A stretch of DNA of 64,000 nt from Bdellovibrionales bacterium (GTDB lineage: Bacteria > Bdellovibrionota > Bdellovibrionia > Bdellovibrionales > UBA1609), in assembly GCA_965261545.1 (NCBI GenBank), contig CBDHDF010000010.1:480001-544000 (forward strand), in the 5' to 3' direction. The translations under genes and the position numbers were made by a program. The first letter of the stretch is position 1. Each line of letters opens with the position of its first letter. The notes beneath the pieces were generated by a model, which was not told where the DNA came from, made no database searches, and saw only the letters and a program-made list of their open reading frames with translations. Shown here in pieces: positions 62,327-64,000 of the stretch.

Positions 62327-63675
62327 TCGACAATCGAACTCAAGTCCTCATTACATCGGTGAGAAAGCTTCTTCGCCGTGGAGCTGAGCCCAACATTCGA
62401 CGAATTCTCTCAAAGGCCCACGAAGCTGATGTTGCCGTTTTGTTGGAGAGCTTCGATATTAGCGAAAGAGTGCAGTTGTTTTACCTTGAAGAGGAGGAGC
62501 AAAAAAGAGCCTCCTCTCTCAGCTACCTTAGCCAAGATTCCCAAAGAGAACTTCTTGAACACCTGCCCAAGGACGAAATTCTCAAGATGCTTAGCCTTAT
62601 GGACTCCGACGATGCCGCCGATTTGCTAGGCTATCTTTCTGAGGAAGAGTCTAAAGACATTCTTCTCTCCATGGTCAAAGAAGATTCTGAAGAAGTAGCG
62701 GATCTCATGGGCTATCCCGAAGACTCCGCAGGCGGACTAATGAGTTCTGAGTATTTGAGCCTAGACAAAGACCTTACTGTGGCTGAAGCCATACAGGAAA
62801 TTCAACACGAAGACAATGAATCCAAGGTGGCCTTTTATATTTATGTCACCAATGAGCAAGGGCTCCTTATCGGCATCGTCAGTTTAAAGCAGCTTCTTTT
62901 ATCTAAGAAATCCAAACTTCTAAAAGACATTATGACCCCAGAAGTTATATCCACCACTATGGATGCTCACCAAGAGCAAGTGGCAGAGATTGTTGAAAGG
63001 TACGACTTTTTGTCTTTACCCGTTGTCGATGCTCAAAGAAAACTCATTGGTGTGATTACAGTGGATGATGTTCTCGATGTCATTCGTGAAGAGGCCGAAG
63101 AAGATTTATTGCAAATGGGGCAGGCGGGGGGAAGCATTCATCTTCCCTTTAAGGAGCATTTAAAGGCACGCTTTCCTTGGATTGTTCTCGCCTTTGCCAG
63201 TGGAGCCCTTTGTTTTTCTGTGGTCTACCTTTTTGGAGATCCTCCCATATCCTCTTTCTGGCTTATTGCGGCTTTCACTCCCATGTTGCTGTCTTTGGGG
63301 GCCACAGTGGGAGGACAATCCACAACTGTCGCTTTAGGGGTGATTCGTTCCACCAAGTCCGATATGATCCGATGGGGATTTCACTTGCAAAGGGAAAGCC
63401 AACTAGGTTTTGTCTTTGCGACCACCTTGAGTGCTGTTATATGGTTGATGGGAGAGCAACTTTTTCCCCAGCACGACCTAAGCCATATTGTGGCACTGGC
63501 CACATTTTTTCAAATCACCTTGTCCATGGTCATGGGCCACTTTATTCCCATGATCTTTCATCGTCTTCAAATGGAAACGACCATGGCCCTACTCCCACTT
63601 CTCACGATGCTTGCCGACCTCTCTGCCGTGGGTATCTTGTTTGGTTTTTTTAAAGTCTTTAAGAGGGTATGCTAG
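62323..63675 (+). CDS. mgtE: Magnesium transporter MgtE (start at 62323)
   Basis: MDSDDAADLL, YPEDSAGGLM, CBS pair, ITVDDVLD, ARFPW. Confidence 0.9.
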   Translation: MIDNRTQVLITSVRKLLRRGAEPNIRRILSKAHEADVAVLLESFDISERVQLFYLEEEEQKRASSLSYLSQDSQRELLEHLPKDEILKMLSLMDSDDAADLLGYLSEEESKDILLSMVKEDSEEVADLMGYPEDSAGGLMSSEYLSLDKDLTVAEAIQEIQHEDNESKVAFYIYVTNEQGLLIGIVSLKQLLLSKKSKLLKDIMTPEVISTTMDAHQEQVAEIVERYDFLSLPVVDAQRKLIGVITVDDVLDVIREEAEEDLLQMGQAGGSIHLPFKEHLKARFPWIVLAFASGALCFSVVYLFGDPPISSFWLIAAFTPMLLSLGATVGGQSTTVALGVIRSTKSDMIRWGFHLQRESQLGFVFATTLSAVIWLMGEQLFPQHDLSHIVALATFFQITLSMVMGHFIPMIFHRLQMETTMALLPLLTMLADLSAVGILFGFFKVFKRVC

Positions 63676-63680
63676 CCTCC

Positions 63681-64000
63681 ATGATTCATGACAAAATCAT
63701 CGTTCTTAGAACCATCAAATACTCGGAGTCAGACCTCATTGTTCATGGGCTCAACACTGGAGGGGAAAAACGCCATTTCATAGCCAAAGGAGCCTTAAGA
63801 AGTCGAAGGCGCTTCAGTGGTGGTATTTTAGAGTCCACTCATTATATTCAAGTTAGCTATGGACGTCGAACCCAAAAGAAAGAGAAGGCTATGCACTTTC
63901 TCCATGAAGCCAGTCTTATCGAAGACTTTCCAAAAATTCGCACAAGCTATGAGCGTCTTGAAATGAGTTTTTATTTCTTAAAAATGACCAGCAAAGTAGG
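63681..64000 (+). CDS. recO: DNA repair protein RecO (partial, runs off the window)
   Basis: IVLRTIKYSESDLIV...IAKGALRSRRRF. Confidence 0.85.
   Translation, partial: MIHDKIIVLRTIKYSESDLIVHGLNTGGEKRHFIAKGALRSRRRFSGGILESTHYIQVSYGRRTQKKEKAMHFLHEASLIEDFPKIRTSYERLEMSFYFLKMTSKV

Overview
Low-GC Bdellovibrionota-like chromosomal window (taxon inferred from gene content). Left part (1-25.3 kb): lepB, gshA, a long aromatic amino-acid hydroxylase, an Agl/Glt gliding-motility cluster, tRNA-Asn, a vWA lipoprotein, a second AglRQS-like motor and a subtilase. Right part (54.9-64 kb): a BspA/DUF285 lipoprotein, waaA, rnhA, mgtE and partial recO. Between them (25951-54067) lies a 28.1-kb stack of 14 nested mobile elements that I could reconstruct from terminal repeats and target-site duplications (TSDs). 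It started as a ~1.39-kb IS4-family element inserted in a BspA-like gene. Main finding: both terminal inverted repeats (IRs) of that IS4 were invaded at the same CG by a 1.84-kb IS110-family element. Its downstream non-coding end contains a recognisable bridge/seek RNA whose guides match the IS4 IR (CCATT-CG-TTTAAA) and its own ends, so it appears to be an RNA-guided parasite of IS4 ends. Also present: a 16.5-kb inversion with swapped TSDs, an RT-encoding group II intron nested antisense inside an ORF-less one, and a conserved +1 frame offset with a hairpin at the start of two divergent IS4 transposases. Family calls come from motif recognition only; no database searches were run.
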